Shown one piece after another: positions 24,380-36,517 of a stretch of 64,000 nt of DNA. Positions within the stretch are counted from its first letter, which is position 1. Every line of letters begins with the position of its first letter. Under the pieces are notes generated by a model. That model was not told the DNA's origin. It saw only the letters and a list, made by a program, of their open reading frames with translations, and did no database searches. The stretch is taken from the NCBI GenBank assembly GCA_035221665.1, contig CM069154.1, positions 14,074,001 through 14,138,000 on the forward strand. Reading direction: 5' to 3'. Both the position numbers and the translations under genes were made by a program. The DNA is from Okamejei kenojei (taxonomy: Eukaryota).

Positions 24380-25290
24380 ACAAAACGCAAACTGCTGGAG
24401 GAACTCAGCAGGTCAGGCAGTAGCTCTGGAGAACGTGGATACGTGACTTTTTGGATTGGGACCCTTCTTCAGATTGATTGTATTATGGGGGGAGAAAGCT
24501 GTAAAATGGGTGGGGGTCGACACGTGAAAGATAGATACTGAATAGATAGAAGAGGTGCAGGGGGTGATTGGCAAATGGGTGGACAAAGGCCTGAGATGAA
24601 AAGGAAACGAAAGGCCATGAGATAAGGACTGAATGTGAGGCCAGAGGAAGGGATAAAGGTGAGAAGGGACAGAGGAAGGGCAAAGGGGACAGGATAGTGG
24701 AGAAATGGGTGCACATCCAGGTAGGGCACAGGGAAGACAGGGGGGAGAGAAAAAGTGGGGCAGGTTAGTTGGTTAGTTGGTAAAATTGGAGGATTAATTG
24801 TTCAAATCAATGGGTTGCAAACTATCCAAGCAAAATAAGAGGTGCTGTTCCTCCAGTTTGTGTATAGCCTCTTCCTGACAATGGAGGAGGCCCAGGACAG
24901 AAAGGTCAGTATAGGAATGGGAAGGGGAGTGAAAATTGTTAGCGACTGTGAGATCCAGTAGGCCTTGATAGACCAAGCACAAGTGTCCAACGAAACAGTT
25001 GTCGAGTCTAGGCTTTGGTCTCGTTCATGTACAGGAGGTCAGATTGGGAAGACCGAAGGCAGTAGACGAGTTTAGAGGAGGTGCTCTTGAACCTCTGTCT
25101 CCTCTGGAAGAGCTGCTGAGATCCCTGGGTGGATGTGAGAGAGGAGGTGTAGGGACAAGTATTGCATCTCCTGCAGTTGTAGGGTAGAGTACCTGGGGAG
25201 GCGGTGGTTTGGATGGGAAGGGATGAGTGAACCAAGGAGTTGTGGTCTCTGCGGAAAGCGGAAAGGGGTGGAGAAGGAAAAATGAAAGCA
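24380..25290 (-). mobile_element. Penelope-like 3' fragment with GIY-YIG remnant and hammerhead-like end
   Basis: Peptides CRRCNTCPYT, LVYCLR and HKLEEQHLLFCL. Motif CCCTTCTTCAG at about 24461-24472. Confidence 0.75.
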
Positions 25291-25508
25291 ATTCCGAAGG
25301 AACTTAGTTGGGGGCTTTTCGTGGAGTGTGTGAGGCCTTGAGGGTGAGGCCTCAGTGTACGGAGCATCTGTTGCCGTGGCCAGTCTGAGGTAGAAAGGCT
25401 CTCATGCAGTAATATTTCCTCAGTGATGGCTGCATCTAACCCCGGAGTCATTGACCATGGTTCGGACATGATGTGGGATATTTGGCAGCCACGATAGCCA
25501 CGACCGTG

Positions 25509-25653
25509 TCAGTGCTGAGGAGACACTCCTGCGCTGCCTGGTGAAGTGGAGTCAGCGGTAACCTCCTCCCGTCTGGTTCCGAGCCCCGACAGCTGGACTG
25601 GGTTGAGGTGTCGGAGGGCGAATGACCTCCACACCAGCGATCTTCCGTCAGTC
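25509..25653 (-). CDS. Unnamed CUB-FN3-UPK3-like gene, tentative last coding exon (cytoplasmic tail)
   Basis: TTTTTTCTAAAG acceptor. Phase 2 gives RTDGRSLVW...SPQH*. No homology support, and other tail exons are possible. Confidence 0.35.
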
Positions 25654-25900
25654 CTTTAGAAAAAACAGTCTCTCAGAGCAGCAGAGTTAATTGCAATCAA
25701 GCTCCTTACACGTGGGTCAATGTTTAAAGTCATAGAGTCACATAGCGTGGAAAGAGGGTCTTCAGTCCCACTTGCTCACACCGACCAACATGTCCCATCT
25801 ACACTAGTCCCACGTGTGTGTTTGGCTCATACCCCTCTGAACCAGTCCTATCCATATACCTGTCTAATCGCTTCTTAAATGTTGTGATAGTCCCTGCCTC

Positions 25901-26324
25901 TTCTCCGTGGATTGTCACCTTGTTGTGGTGGAGAAGCTTGTGTGGACCTGAGATCCTGAGAGCGATGCCGTCTGGAGCTATGCTCCTGGGAGGGCCACCC
26001 ATGGCGGTAAGGTCGAGGGGGAGGTCTCTGTCGAAGAGCAATCCAACCAAGACCTCAATGGTGGAACAGGCGGAGGACGATGGCTGCCCTTAGTGGAGCG
26101 TCACAGCGGCTGGTAAGGTGGATGAAGGCTGCAGCAGAAAAGGGTCTTCAGTCGTCTTGGACTCCATGCCACTGGATCCTGACCCAGATCTGTCAAGGAC
26201 TGTGGGGTGGCTGTCTTTGAACCAGTCTCCCCACGTTAAACAAAGTCACGCACAGGCATCCTCCATGTAAGGAATAGCACCCTGGAGACGCCCATGGTTA
26301 GCCATGACCGAAATGAGCCTAAGA
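25901..26324 (+). mobile_element. Short non-autonomous RTE-derived retroelement
   Basis: 12-bp TSD AGTCCCTGCCTC (25889-25900 and 26325-26336). The 5' part resembles RTE (BovB/Expander) 5' UTRs (CACCTTGTTGTGGTGG..GGGCCACCCATGGC). Inserted in a CR1 3' end. Confidence 0.7.
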
Positions 26325-27163
26325 AGTCCCTGCCTCAACTAACTCCACTGACAGCTTGTTCCATATGCCCCCCACACTTTGTGTGAAAAAGTAATCCTTT
26401 AAATTCCTAGAAATTCTTTCCCCTCCACCTTAAACCAATGTCCTCTAGTTCTTGATTGCCCTACTCTGGGCAAGAGACTGTGCATCTACTCGATCTATTC
26501 CTCTCACAATTTTATACACTATGTCCCTCCCTTATTCTCGCTGGAGTTTGGTTCACAATCAGCCAACTATTTTAGGTATGTTTCCATTGCTTCGGTTCAC
26601 ATCCTGTGCAACGGGAGGGAGGGGTGGAGATGAGAATGTGTGGGAGAGAGAGATGGAGACTGGGAGAGGGAGAAGAGGAGAGAGAGAGAGATGCAAACTG
26701 GGAGAGGGAGACTAGGGGAGATGAGAAAGAGAGACGGAGACTGGGTGAAGCGGGAGAGAGTGATGAAGACTGTGGAGATGGGCGAGAGAGAGACTGGGGG
26801 AGGGGAGAGAAAGATGGATATTGTGGGAAGGGGTGAGAGGAAGATGGAGATATGGGAGATGAGAGAGACAATGGGGGACTAAGTGGGAGTGAGAGCTGGA
26901 GAGTGCTGTGGGAAGTGCAGAAATAGGAGGGGTGTTGACTGACACAAAGAATGGACATATCTTAGATAAAGTTCCTGGGCACAGATGCACGAGATTGGCA
27001 TTGGGAGCTCGTAGCACCACTGGCGAGGTGTGTTTGTTGAGTTGACTTTGCAATCTGTTGTCTTCCTCTGGCATCTCCTGGGGCCATCACTGGCTGCCCA
27101 TCAGAGGGTCTAATACCCCAGCCACTCCCTACCCCGTGCCGACAGCTGGTACACTTCACTCAC

Positions 27164-27299
27164 CGTCTCTGCCGCCGGTAAGCAACACCCAGCAAGCCGA
27201 GCAGCAGCAACAGGCAGAGGGCGGTGAGCAAGAGGCTGGCGGTCACTGCCGCAGGTGAGAGCGAGCGCTCTCCGTCCCCGAGATCCTGGTACCGGACAA
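27164..27299 (-). CDS. Unnamed CUB-FN3-UPK3-like gene exon 12 (transmembrane)
   Basis: CTCTGCTTCCAG acceptor, GTGAGT donor. Encodes VVRYQDLGDGERSLSPAAVTASLLLTALCLLLLLGLLGVAYRRQRR, a hydrophobic helix plus basic stop-transfer. Confidence 0.88.
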
Positions 27300-27469
27300 C
27301 TGGAAGCAGAGGGACGGCATCGGAGATGAATGCATGAACGATACTTCATTATCACATGTGACATGTCACAATGAAAGTTTTTGTTTTGAACACCATACAC
27401 AAAGTATGCAAAGAGTCACCACGTATGGGGCGCCCACAAAGTTACAAAGTGCTCGGTGCAGCCAACTTT

Positions 27470-28092
27470 AGTAACTTGTATAAAAATTCAACATTTTTGG
27501 ACAGACATTTTTTAAATTATCTCTGAAGTTATCAATAACCAACTGGACCCAGATCCAAAATTAATAATATTAGGATTATCAGAACATAGCATAAACTTTA
27601 CGATAAGCCAGAGACACTTTCTTGATTACAGTCTAATAACTGCGAAAAAATTAATACTAAAAGTTTGGAAAAAACCAGCAGCCCCCACAATTAAAATGTG
27701 GATTACGGAAATGACTGAGACCTTGCATTTGGAAAAAAATAAGATTTGTCTTAATTGACAAACCAAAATTATTTGTTAGAACATGGCCTCCATTTATTGA
27801 ATTCTTAAAAAAGTGAATTGGTTTAACACAAAATCAGGGTTGAAACCTGAGATTGGGATTGGATGAATATTTCTTCTTAGTATCTCCTGGATCTATCTCC
27901 ACAATCTTGTTATTTGTAATTTTTTTTTTCGTCTTTTTCTCTCTATTAGTTTATAGTTTCTCTTATCATTTTCTCTCTTTATCTTTATTCTTTAAAAAAA
28001 TTAAAAAAGTGAAGCTAGGTAAGAAATCTGTAATTAAATTGTCGCTTACTACTATTTGTATACATGCTTCTAATAAAAATATTTAAAAAAAA
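27470..28092 (+). mobile_element. L1 LINE 3' end
   Basis: Translates to the L1 ORF2 C-terminus (KIQHFW..KKLILKVWK..APTIKMW..RTWPPF), followed by a T-rich UTR, AATAAA and an A-tail. Confidence 0.75.
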
Positions 28093-28803
28093 CCCCAAAA
28101 CAAAACAAAGTGCAATTCCAATGGTCCGTCTACATTCGCGGCATGTTCTCCCACACCGGGTCCCTCTTTGATCTCATGGTGGCCCCTCCCCATGCCAGAT
28201 CCTGCTTTGTTCTGGGCACCCCACACGGTGCATCGTCGACCGACCTCCAGCCCATCCGACTCAGGTCGATGGTCGCTGCCCTCCCCGAAAGCCCACCGTC
28301 TGAAGCCCCTCACCAACGTGGGGGGAAGCTTACCTCTATACCCCTCTCTTGGTCAGCTCTGTAATCCTGAGCCAATCCCTTCCCCCTCTCCACCTGCACT
28401 GGGCAGCGAGGGTGGGGACCAGATGTAAGGGGCAGATGGGGTGGCCAGGAGCAGTTTCACTTGTCCTGCGTACCACCCATATCTCTTGCTCCCCTTTCCC
28501 CTGACTCTCAATCTGAAGAAGCGGCTCGTCCCGAAACGTCGCGCACTCCTTCTCTCCAGAGATGCAGCCTGACCTGATGAATTATATTTTTTTAGTTTAG
28601 TTTAGAGATACAGCGCAGAAACTGGCCCTTCAGCCACTGAATCTGCTGCGGCCATTGATCCCCGCACGCTAATACTATCCTACACACACTAGGGACAAAT
28701 TAGACTTATACCAAAGTCAATTAACCTACAAACCTGTACGTCCTTAGATTACCCAAGATTTGCCTGTCGATAAGAACCTGGGTGGATAATATAAAGTCAT
28801 TAC

Positions 28804-28880
28804 CTGTTCTGGTGGTGAATGGCTCCGACCATTGGCTGAAGAGTATTGGTGACCCGTCACTCACAAGCACGTAACACAGC
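28804..28880 (-). CDS. Unnamed CUB-FN3-UPK3-like gene exon 11
   Basis: Phase 2/1 with AG/GT. Encodes RLCYVLVSDGSPILFSQWSEPFTTRT, matching the UPK3-type 'YR.KY.L.....WS.PI' segment. Confidence 0.85.
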
Positions 28881-29319
28881 CTGAGATCCACAAAAGAAAA
28901 AGCCAGCATTACTCCTCAACCACAGGCCGAATGGGCAGGAAACCCTATGTAGAAACACAAACTCAGCAGGTCAGGCAGCATCTCTGGAGGTCTTGGATAG
29001 GTGACTTTTCGAGTCAGGATCCTTCTTCATGGGCTATCAACGGAATCAAGGGATAGGGGGCGAAAGCAGGAACGGAGTGCTAATTTTGGATGATCAGCCA
29101 TGATCATATTGAATGGAGGTGCTGGCTCGAAGGGCAGAAATGGCCTACTCTTGCACCTATTTCCTATGTTTCTATGTTTCAGACTGGAGTCCAAAGAAGG
29201 GTCCTTCCACAAAACATCGCCAATCCATATCCTCCAGAAATGCTGCCTGACCCGCTGACTTCCTCCAGCATTTTGTGTCCTACGCAAGATTTCTTGTGTT
29301 TTCAGGAAACCCTACAGTG

Positions 29320-29625
29320 GGCAGCACAGCGTTAGAGTTGCTGCCTTACGGAGCCAGACACCCAGGCTCCATCCTGCCCACGGGTGCTGCCTGTGGGGAG
29401 ATTGTACATTCTCCCCGTAACCTGTCAGGGCTTTCTCCAGGAACTCTGGTCTCCTCCCACACTCCAAAGAGGTGCAGGGTTGTAGGTTAAATGGCCTGGT
29501 ATCATTGTAAATTGTGCCTGGTGTGTGCAGGACAGCTTTAGTGGGTGGGGATCGCTGGTCGGCGCGGACTCGGTGGGCCGAAGGGCCTGTTTCCGTGCTG
29601 TGCCTCTAAACTAAACTAAACTAAA
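29320..29625 (+). mobile_element. HE1-like SINE
   Basis: tRNA-like head, central domain, GGGCCGAAGGGCCTGTTTCC and (TAAAC)n tail. Confidence 0.75.
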
Positions 29626-31454
29626 TGTTGGCGGACACACTCACCTGCCACCGGATGGAACGAACCAGAGGTAGTCTTGCCAAGAATTGCTGATGCTAGT
29701 CAATAGGGGGACCTCCGTAATTGTGGGCCCTTGGACTAATTACATCAGGAAGGGTCCACAGAGATATAAGACCAACCACAACCACTCACTTGACCCCTCA
29801 ATTGTGTTACAGGCCATGTGGACAGTCAGTGACGGCTCTTTCACCAGCACTGACCCGGATCCCAACAGGCACGATCCGGAGTCTCAAGTGTTGTCACCTG
29901 ATGAACTCTCCAAAGAGCTGGACTCGGATTGTGTCCTGGAATAAGGAACGCACTGTGAGCCCTTAAAGGATGACCATACCGCCTCGCAAACCAAGTCTCT
30001 GGGCCGTATTGGAATGGCGATGTTTTTGGGTATGTGAATTTTCCCTGCGTTCGAATGAATAAACCCAGTGCACTGTATCAGAACAGCTTTCTTCGCTGTT
30101 CAGGAAGCTCATGGCTGATCTTTTATAATAAAAACAGAGAATGCTGGAGATATTTATCAATCTCTGATTTTTATGGGGAGCAGGCAGGAGAATGGTGTTG
30201 AGAGGGAATGATAGATCAGCCACGGACTAGACTTGATGGACCGAATTGCCTTATTCTGCTCCGAGAACTTGCGAACCGATGAAAGTGCCGTGAATGCTCG
30301 GCAGGTCAGGCAGCGTCTGTGGGAAAAGAAGCCATCAGCGTTTCCAGTCCACGGCCCTTCTTGGCTGTGAACGCCTATGTCGATGGAACTATGTGCATTT
30401 GTTTCCATAGATTTTCTTTCCCGGTAAATAATATATTTAGTTTTGTTTAAAGATGAATCTAAGTTTCACTTTGTGGTTAATTGCAGGGTGCGACCCCAAC
30501 TGCTTCTCTCTGCTGGCAAAGCACTCTTACACTTTGCCCCAATCTCACTTCTGCCTCTCCGCCCGCCCAGCGCCAGTACTTAGCATTGCGGCTATGAGTG
30601 AAAGAGCAACACCCTGGATGTAACTCCTTCCCCTTCAGTGACCGGCACTAGACTCTCATAGCCACAAGGCAGGCAGTTTGCACATCAAGGTCACAAACCT
30701 CCCCAAAGCAGAGGAGAATGCAGAACTCTCACAACACTGAAAGCCACTTCCCCCTCAACCAATCCTCTACATTATGTTGCGCAGTTCTGGCGGCTTTCAT
30801 TGTAAAACATGGGCCGGATTTCGGCCCGGATGCTCTTGCACGTTGTTGAATGGTTACCAATCCGGATGCATTTTCCGGCTCCACAATTGGCAACCTCAGG
30901 CTGGAAATTTGCAGGCCCTGAGGTAGATTAAGGAGCAAGGAGACTGCTTTTTGTATGAACTAAAAAGATCTGCATTTAAGTTGGGTATGCTAAAGTATTC
31001 TAAGACGCTGCGTTCATACTGTGGAAAGTTTCAGGCTGTTCCATTGAAAATGTGAGCTCATTTTAAATGTTCTCTGGATACTCACGAGGGGGCTGGATAG
31101 GGCTCTTATAGCGGGGTCAGGGGATATGGGAAGAAGGCAGGAACGGGATACTGATTGGGGATGATCAGCCATGATCATATTGAATGGCGGTGCAGGCTCG
31201 AAGGGCCGAATGACCTACTCCTGCACATATCGTCTATTGTCTAAAGTATCCCTGACAGAAGGTATCCCTGGAAGCTGCCAAAATGTATCACTTGGCTTTT
31301 TAAAGTTTAAACCCCAGTGTGATCCTCATCCGCCAACCTGCCCTTTCAAAGAACATCACTATCACTATCACCAACATCACTGTTGGCTGCAACTTCAATT
31401 TTTGAGTCATCTGTCCAATTAGAAATTCTGCTTGAGGCCACTAATCCACCTTTA

Positions 31455-32024
31455 GGGCCTGTCCCACTTGGGCGACCTAATATGCAAGTTCTGGCGAGTT
31501 TGCCCTCGACTCACACTCGCAGCATGCTCGACACGAGGTCAAAGGAGGTCTTCGTAACTCTCCTTCATGCTCGAGAGTGGTCTCCGCATACTTGAGGCCT
31601 TAGCTAGGTCGCAGCAATTTTTCAATATGTTAAAAAATGCACGCGAGTAAAAAAAGGTTGCCATGGAAAAAATCGATACTTTTTTTACTCGTAGGTTTAG
31701 TCGTAATAGGTATAGGTAGATTGTAGTAGGTTAGCATGTTAGTCGTAGGTAATCGAGGATAGTCGAAGGTAGTTGTAGATAGTCTTCATCATGGTCGAAG
31801 GGAGGTCGAAGGGAGATGGAAGGAGGTCGTCTTCACTCTCCACTATTCGGTGTCCAATTTTCCCGAAGTTCATCGTAGCTAGTCGTAGCTAGTCGAAGCT
31901 GGTCTTCAACATAGTTGAAGGAGGTCGAAGGAGTTCTTCTACATGGTCGAAGGAGGTCTTCAACATGTCATTTTTTCAAACTCTTCTAAACTCGCCAATT
32001 AGGTCGCCCAAGTGGGGCAGACCT
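31455..32024. mobile_element. PIF/Harbinger-type MITE
   Basis: About 27-bp TIR, GGGCCTGTCCCACTTGGGCGACCTAAT vs ATTAGGTCGCCCAAGTGGGGCAGACCT. TTA at the left flank; internal GTCG(A/T)AG repeats. Confidence 0.7.
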
Positions 32025-33563
32025 TTTAAAGCAGCGGTGCTGGTACTGTTTCTTGGGGATTGCTCTGTGGATCTTAGTCTGATTGGGAAAATGACCACTC
32101 ACCACCAATATTCGGAACAGCTACTTAAAATAAAAACAGAAAAGGCTGTAAACACTCAAAAGGTCGGGTTGCATCTGTGGCGAGAGAAACGGAATATTTC
32201 AGGTCAACAACCCTTCATTAGACTCTCCGCAGGTGCTGCTTGACCTGCTGAGTGTTTACTACTTTACTATTATAATAAATGCACTAAGTCTCTTCATCAC
32301 CTTATTGATAAGGCTCTTTCCAAATAATCTGGACATGCCTGTCTTTCCTGAAGCATTTACTGATACCTGTGAATCACCTGTCCACCTAGGCCTGTCTACA
32401 TAATGGTTCTGGTACCTGCTCTATAGTTTCCCTGTGGCTTCCTTTTGTCAATATCACTTGCATGTAGCACAAAGCTTCAAAAACTACAGTCCAAATACCT
32501 GATAATTCTAATTAATAATTACCACAAATGTGATTAATCACTTACTATATCATGAATTCATGAATACATTCTGTGGTTATCTTTTGCCAACCCATTTTCC
32601 CGTTCCTGTTCCTGTTTCCATGGTCATTTTCTTTCTTTTTGTCCAGTTCTTAAACCTTTCTTTGTTCCCTGTTTGGTACTTTGCTGTGGATCTATCCACT
32701 GCTTCCCTCTGGAGGTGAGTATCTCCACAAGAAGATTCCGCCTCCTGGTCTTTCATGCTGGATGTACTGACTGTATCCCGAGACTGTGCAATGGGGAGCT
32801 CACCAAACTCCATACCCAAAGGAAGGAGACTTCAACTTCCTCAAAAGTACAGACATTCGGACACCCTCTCATGCCCTTGTAGACATCTGCTTGATAATCA
32901 GGAGACTTATCTGCAAATCCTGAGTGTCTCCGTAGCTCTAAGGCACCGTTCTTCACTTTGCGCTGTTCCCGCTCTGTCTGATGCATGTCATGATTCCCCA
33001 ACGGTCATTCCCATTCAGTGGCAGAACACCCGAGTGGCTGGAAGAGTGTTTAGTCCCTTTAAGAGCTAGTGCTACTCAGTGACCAGTGTAAGAGTTAGCA
33101 ACACAGTGCAGCACCTTGGCACAGCTGGTAGCATTGCTGCCTTGCAGCACCAGGGACCTGGGATCGATCCTGACCTCGGGTGCTGTCTTTGTGGAGTTTG
33201 CACGTTCAACCCACGACCGAGTGGGTTTCCTCTGCATGCTCTGGTTCCTCTCACATCAATAAGGGCATGTGGGTTTATAGGTTAATTTGTCTCTGTAAAA
33301 TTGCCCCTAATGTGTGTAGGGAATGGATGAGGAAGTGGGCTCATGTTGGCATGATCGGAGTGGACTTGGTGGGCTGATGGGGCCTGTTTCCATGCTGCAT
33401 CTTTCAATCAGTTAATCAATCAACACATCATCCTGGACAAGGCCCAGGTGGTTGGGGGGGGGGGGGGGGGTAACTCCACACGCCCCCCCCCCCCCCCCCC
33501 CCCACCCCCCCCCCCCCCATTGCCTGGCAGAGCCTGGAGATCCCGAGCGACCGTTCAGCCTAC

Positions 33564-33795
33564 CTGTAGGTTGTGCTGCTGCGGAGCGGCCCATTACATG
33601 TCCAGGTGGGGGAGCACGTCTCCTCACCTCCGACCTGGAATATTCCAAAGTCAGTGAGGGGATCAGACTTGTCCGTGGAGGGGTAGCACGGGAGGTGACG
33701 ATGGACCAAGTGGACACCCCTACGACCGATGTCCGTGTGCCAGTACGTGGCGTTCCAGTCACCAGGGACCATCTCAGAGGGCAAAGCCACTCCAG
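33564..33795 (-). CDS. Unnamed CUB-FN3-UPK3-like gene exon 10
   Basis: Phase 1/2 with AG/GT. Ends FQVGGEETCSPTWTCNGPLRSSTTYR, the uroplakin-3/receptor-PTP juxtamembrane signature (VG...C....CNGPL....YR). Confidence 0.88.
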
Positions 33796-35147
33796 CTGGA
33801 AGAAGTAGAGGTTACAGGTTAGGGTGGAGTTGAACAGTGAAGGGCATTGTTGGGATGGGGTGGACGGGTTGGCAGTTTGATGTTCAGGGGTGGACCTCGT
33901 GGTAGGTAGGGCAACAGGGGCTGGCAATGGGTGACAGGGCAGGAACGTTTTGGTGGGTTGCTGTGTTTGGGGTGGGGAAATTGTCCGAAGGTCCAAGGGT
34001 GGGAGGGGAGGTGATGAACAGTCTCATACTAGGGGGCGAGTCAATGAACAGTCTTGGAGAGGAAAGGGTAGTTGGTGAACAGTCTTGAGTTAGTTTAGAG
34101 ATACAGCGTGGAAACGGGCCCTTTGGTTCACTGAGTCCGCACTGCCCACTAAGCACCTGTTCACTAGTTCTATGTTATCCCAGTTTTGCATCCTACACAC
34201 TAGCGGTAATTTGCAGAGGCCAATTAAACTATAAACCCACATATCTTTGGAATGTGGGAGGAAACCCATGCAGTCACAGGGAGAATGTATACACTCCTTA
34301 CAGATAGTCAGGATTGAACCTGGATCTCTGATGCTGTAAGGCAGCAACTCTACCACTGCGCCACCAAGCCACTTGGTGTTGTGAGGCAGAGTCAGTGAAC
34401 AGTATAGGGGTTGGGGGGAGGGGGTTAGTGAACAGTCTCAGGGTGGGGAGCGGGATCGCAGGCTGGCTGCTCCGATGCCCACCCTACTGATCAAGTGTAG
34501 GCCTCTGGGCCTATCTCAGGACCATGCTCACGGCCAGCGTGGACCAGCTGCTCGAGCTGGAGGACATTGGGCTCAGAAGCAATGCACTAAGTCACAAAAA
34601 CCTGTAGTAATTCAGTGGGTCGGGCAGCATCTCTGGAGAAAAGTATTAGGTGATGTTTTGAGTCGAGACCTTTTTTCAGCGTGAGAGTCAGGGGAGAGGG
34701 AAACAAAGAGACATAGAAGGTACATAGAACAAATGAATAAAAGATATGCAAAAGCAACGATAGTCAAGGAAAGGTGGAGTCCACAATGGTCCATTGTTGG
34801 CTGTGGACGGTGATAATGAGTTATACAGACAGTGAAACTCAACAGGAGGGCAGTGAAACTAGTACGACGACTGGGGTGTGGCGGGAGGGCGTAAAAAGCT
34901 GGAGTAACTGTGGATCAGGCAGCATCTCTGGAGAAAAGGAATAGGTGACTAAGTCACAGCTGAGCTGAGGACTGCTTTCAGCAAGCCAGTCAGAGTCAAA
35001 TACAGTCTCAGAATATTGGTTAGGTTGATGCCGCAATCCTACCAAGGTGTGGAGTTTTACTGCAGGAATGTGATGCTCTGTTAAAAAGTACCCTGATTGG
35101 ATGTATAAACAAAGAACTGGAGTAACTCAGCGGGTCAGGCAACATCT

Positions 35148-35497
35148 TATAACCATATAAAATTACAGGAGAGCACTCAGACCATACCCCTCCATTCCCT
35201 TCAAATCCACTTTAGTCTTAAATGTTATCGATCCTGCCTGCTGGAAGCTCATTCCACACAGCCACCACCCTCTGAGTAAAGAAGTTCCCTCATCCCAAAA
35301 CAATTCTCATGTCATGACCTCTTGTTTGAATCATCCCTACCCTCAATGGGAAAAAGGTATCCACGTCAACTCTGTCTATCCCTTACATCATGTTAAAGAG
35401 TCCCCCCTTAGTAAAGACCTAACTTGTTCAACGTAACATAGGCTGGAACCCTGGCAGTAAATCTCCTCTGTAATTTTGACATCCTTCCTATACTAGG
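35148..35497 (-). mobile_element. CR1 3' end copy with many small internal deletions
   Basis: Colinear with 18180-18700, but about 350 bp instead of about 520 bp. Confidence 0.75.
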
Positions 35498-36361
35498 CGG
35501 GAAAGTTCAGTATGGGAGGTGAAGAACTGGAGGCAAGAAAAGTCCAGAACCAATCGAGTCTGGCTACAAAAGACTTCAGGCAGGGTGGTAAAACGACTAG
35601 GCTGGAGGAAGGAGGAGCGGAGTGTAAGTAGAGGTTACTTAAAATTTGAGATTTCAATGTTCATAGCGCTGGTTTGAAAGTTGCCCAAGCAAAATATTGG
35701 GTGCTGTTCCTCCAAATTGCGTGTGGCTTAGCTCTGGCTCAGCATTATGGTTGTGTGGGTCGGTTCAATAACCTGATAGTTGTAGGAAAGCAGGCGTTCC
35801 TGAACCTGCTGGTGTGGGGTTTCAGGCTTCTGTGCCTCCTACGTAGCCTGTAAGGTAGTGCTGGAGTACGGGGTGATCGCTGGTCGACTCAGACTCGGTC
35901 GGCAGAAGGGTCTGTTTCTGTGCCGTATCTCGAAAGTCAGGTTTATAACTTCATAAGTTATACGAGCAGAATTAGGCTAGTTGGCCCATCAAGTGTACTC
36001 CACCAGTCAATCATGGCTGATCTATGTTGCGCTCTCAACCCTTCCCTTGCCTTCTCCACATAACCCTCTGACACCCATACAAGTCAAGAATCGATCAATC
36101 TCTGCCTTAAAATTTTCCATTGACTTGGCCTCCACAGCCTTCTGTGGCAATGAATTCCACAGATTCACCACACTCTGACTAACGAAATTCCATCCCGTCG
36201 TTCTAAATGTACGTCCTTTTATTCTGAGGCTATGGTCTCTGGTCCTAGATTCTCCCACTAATGGAAAGAACTAAAGTCTCAAGTCTAGAAGGAGGGTGGA
36301 AAGTCATGCCCACTACAACCTCTCCCTCGGTGGATCGATGGTCTTCTCCAGACCCATCTAC

Positions 36362-36517
36362 CTGTACCCTCAGCCAGCAGCACCCACACCGAGAGGTTCT
36401 GCCTCAGCTGCCCAGCAATGCGGTCCAACAGGGTGCAGGAGGGAAGTTGGATCAGGAGGGAGCTGGATCGGACCCTGTACCTCAGCTCCTGGGCCAGGAC
36501 TGGAGTCATGGATGGTG
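36362..36517 (-). CDS. Unnamed CUB-FN3-UPK3-like gene exon 9
   Basis: CTCTCTGTCTTTCAG acceptor, phase 1/1. Encodes APSMTPVLAQELRYRVRSSSLLIQLPSC..LSVWVLLAE, resembling the UPK3 N-terminal 'P.LA....T..L..P.C...VWLVVA'. An alternative donor lies 6 nt earlier. Confidence 0.8.

Noticed and set aside
29640-29945. Exon-like segment with minus-strand splice-like sites
   Set aside because: All three frames from the 29936 acceptor hit stops, and exon 10 joins exon 11 in phase without it.
32577-33069. Overlapping 70-100 aa ORFs in unique intronic sequence
   Set aside because: No recognisable motifs or consistent splice phases.
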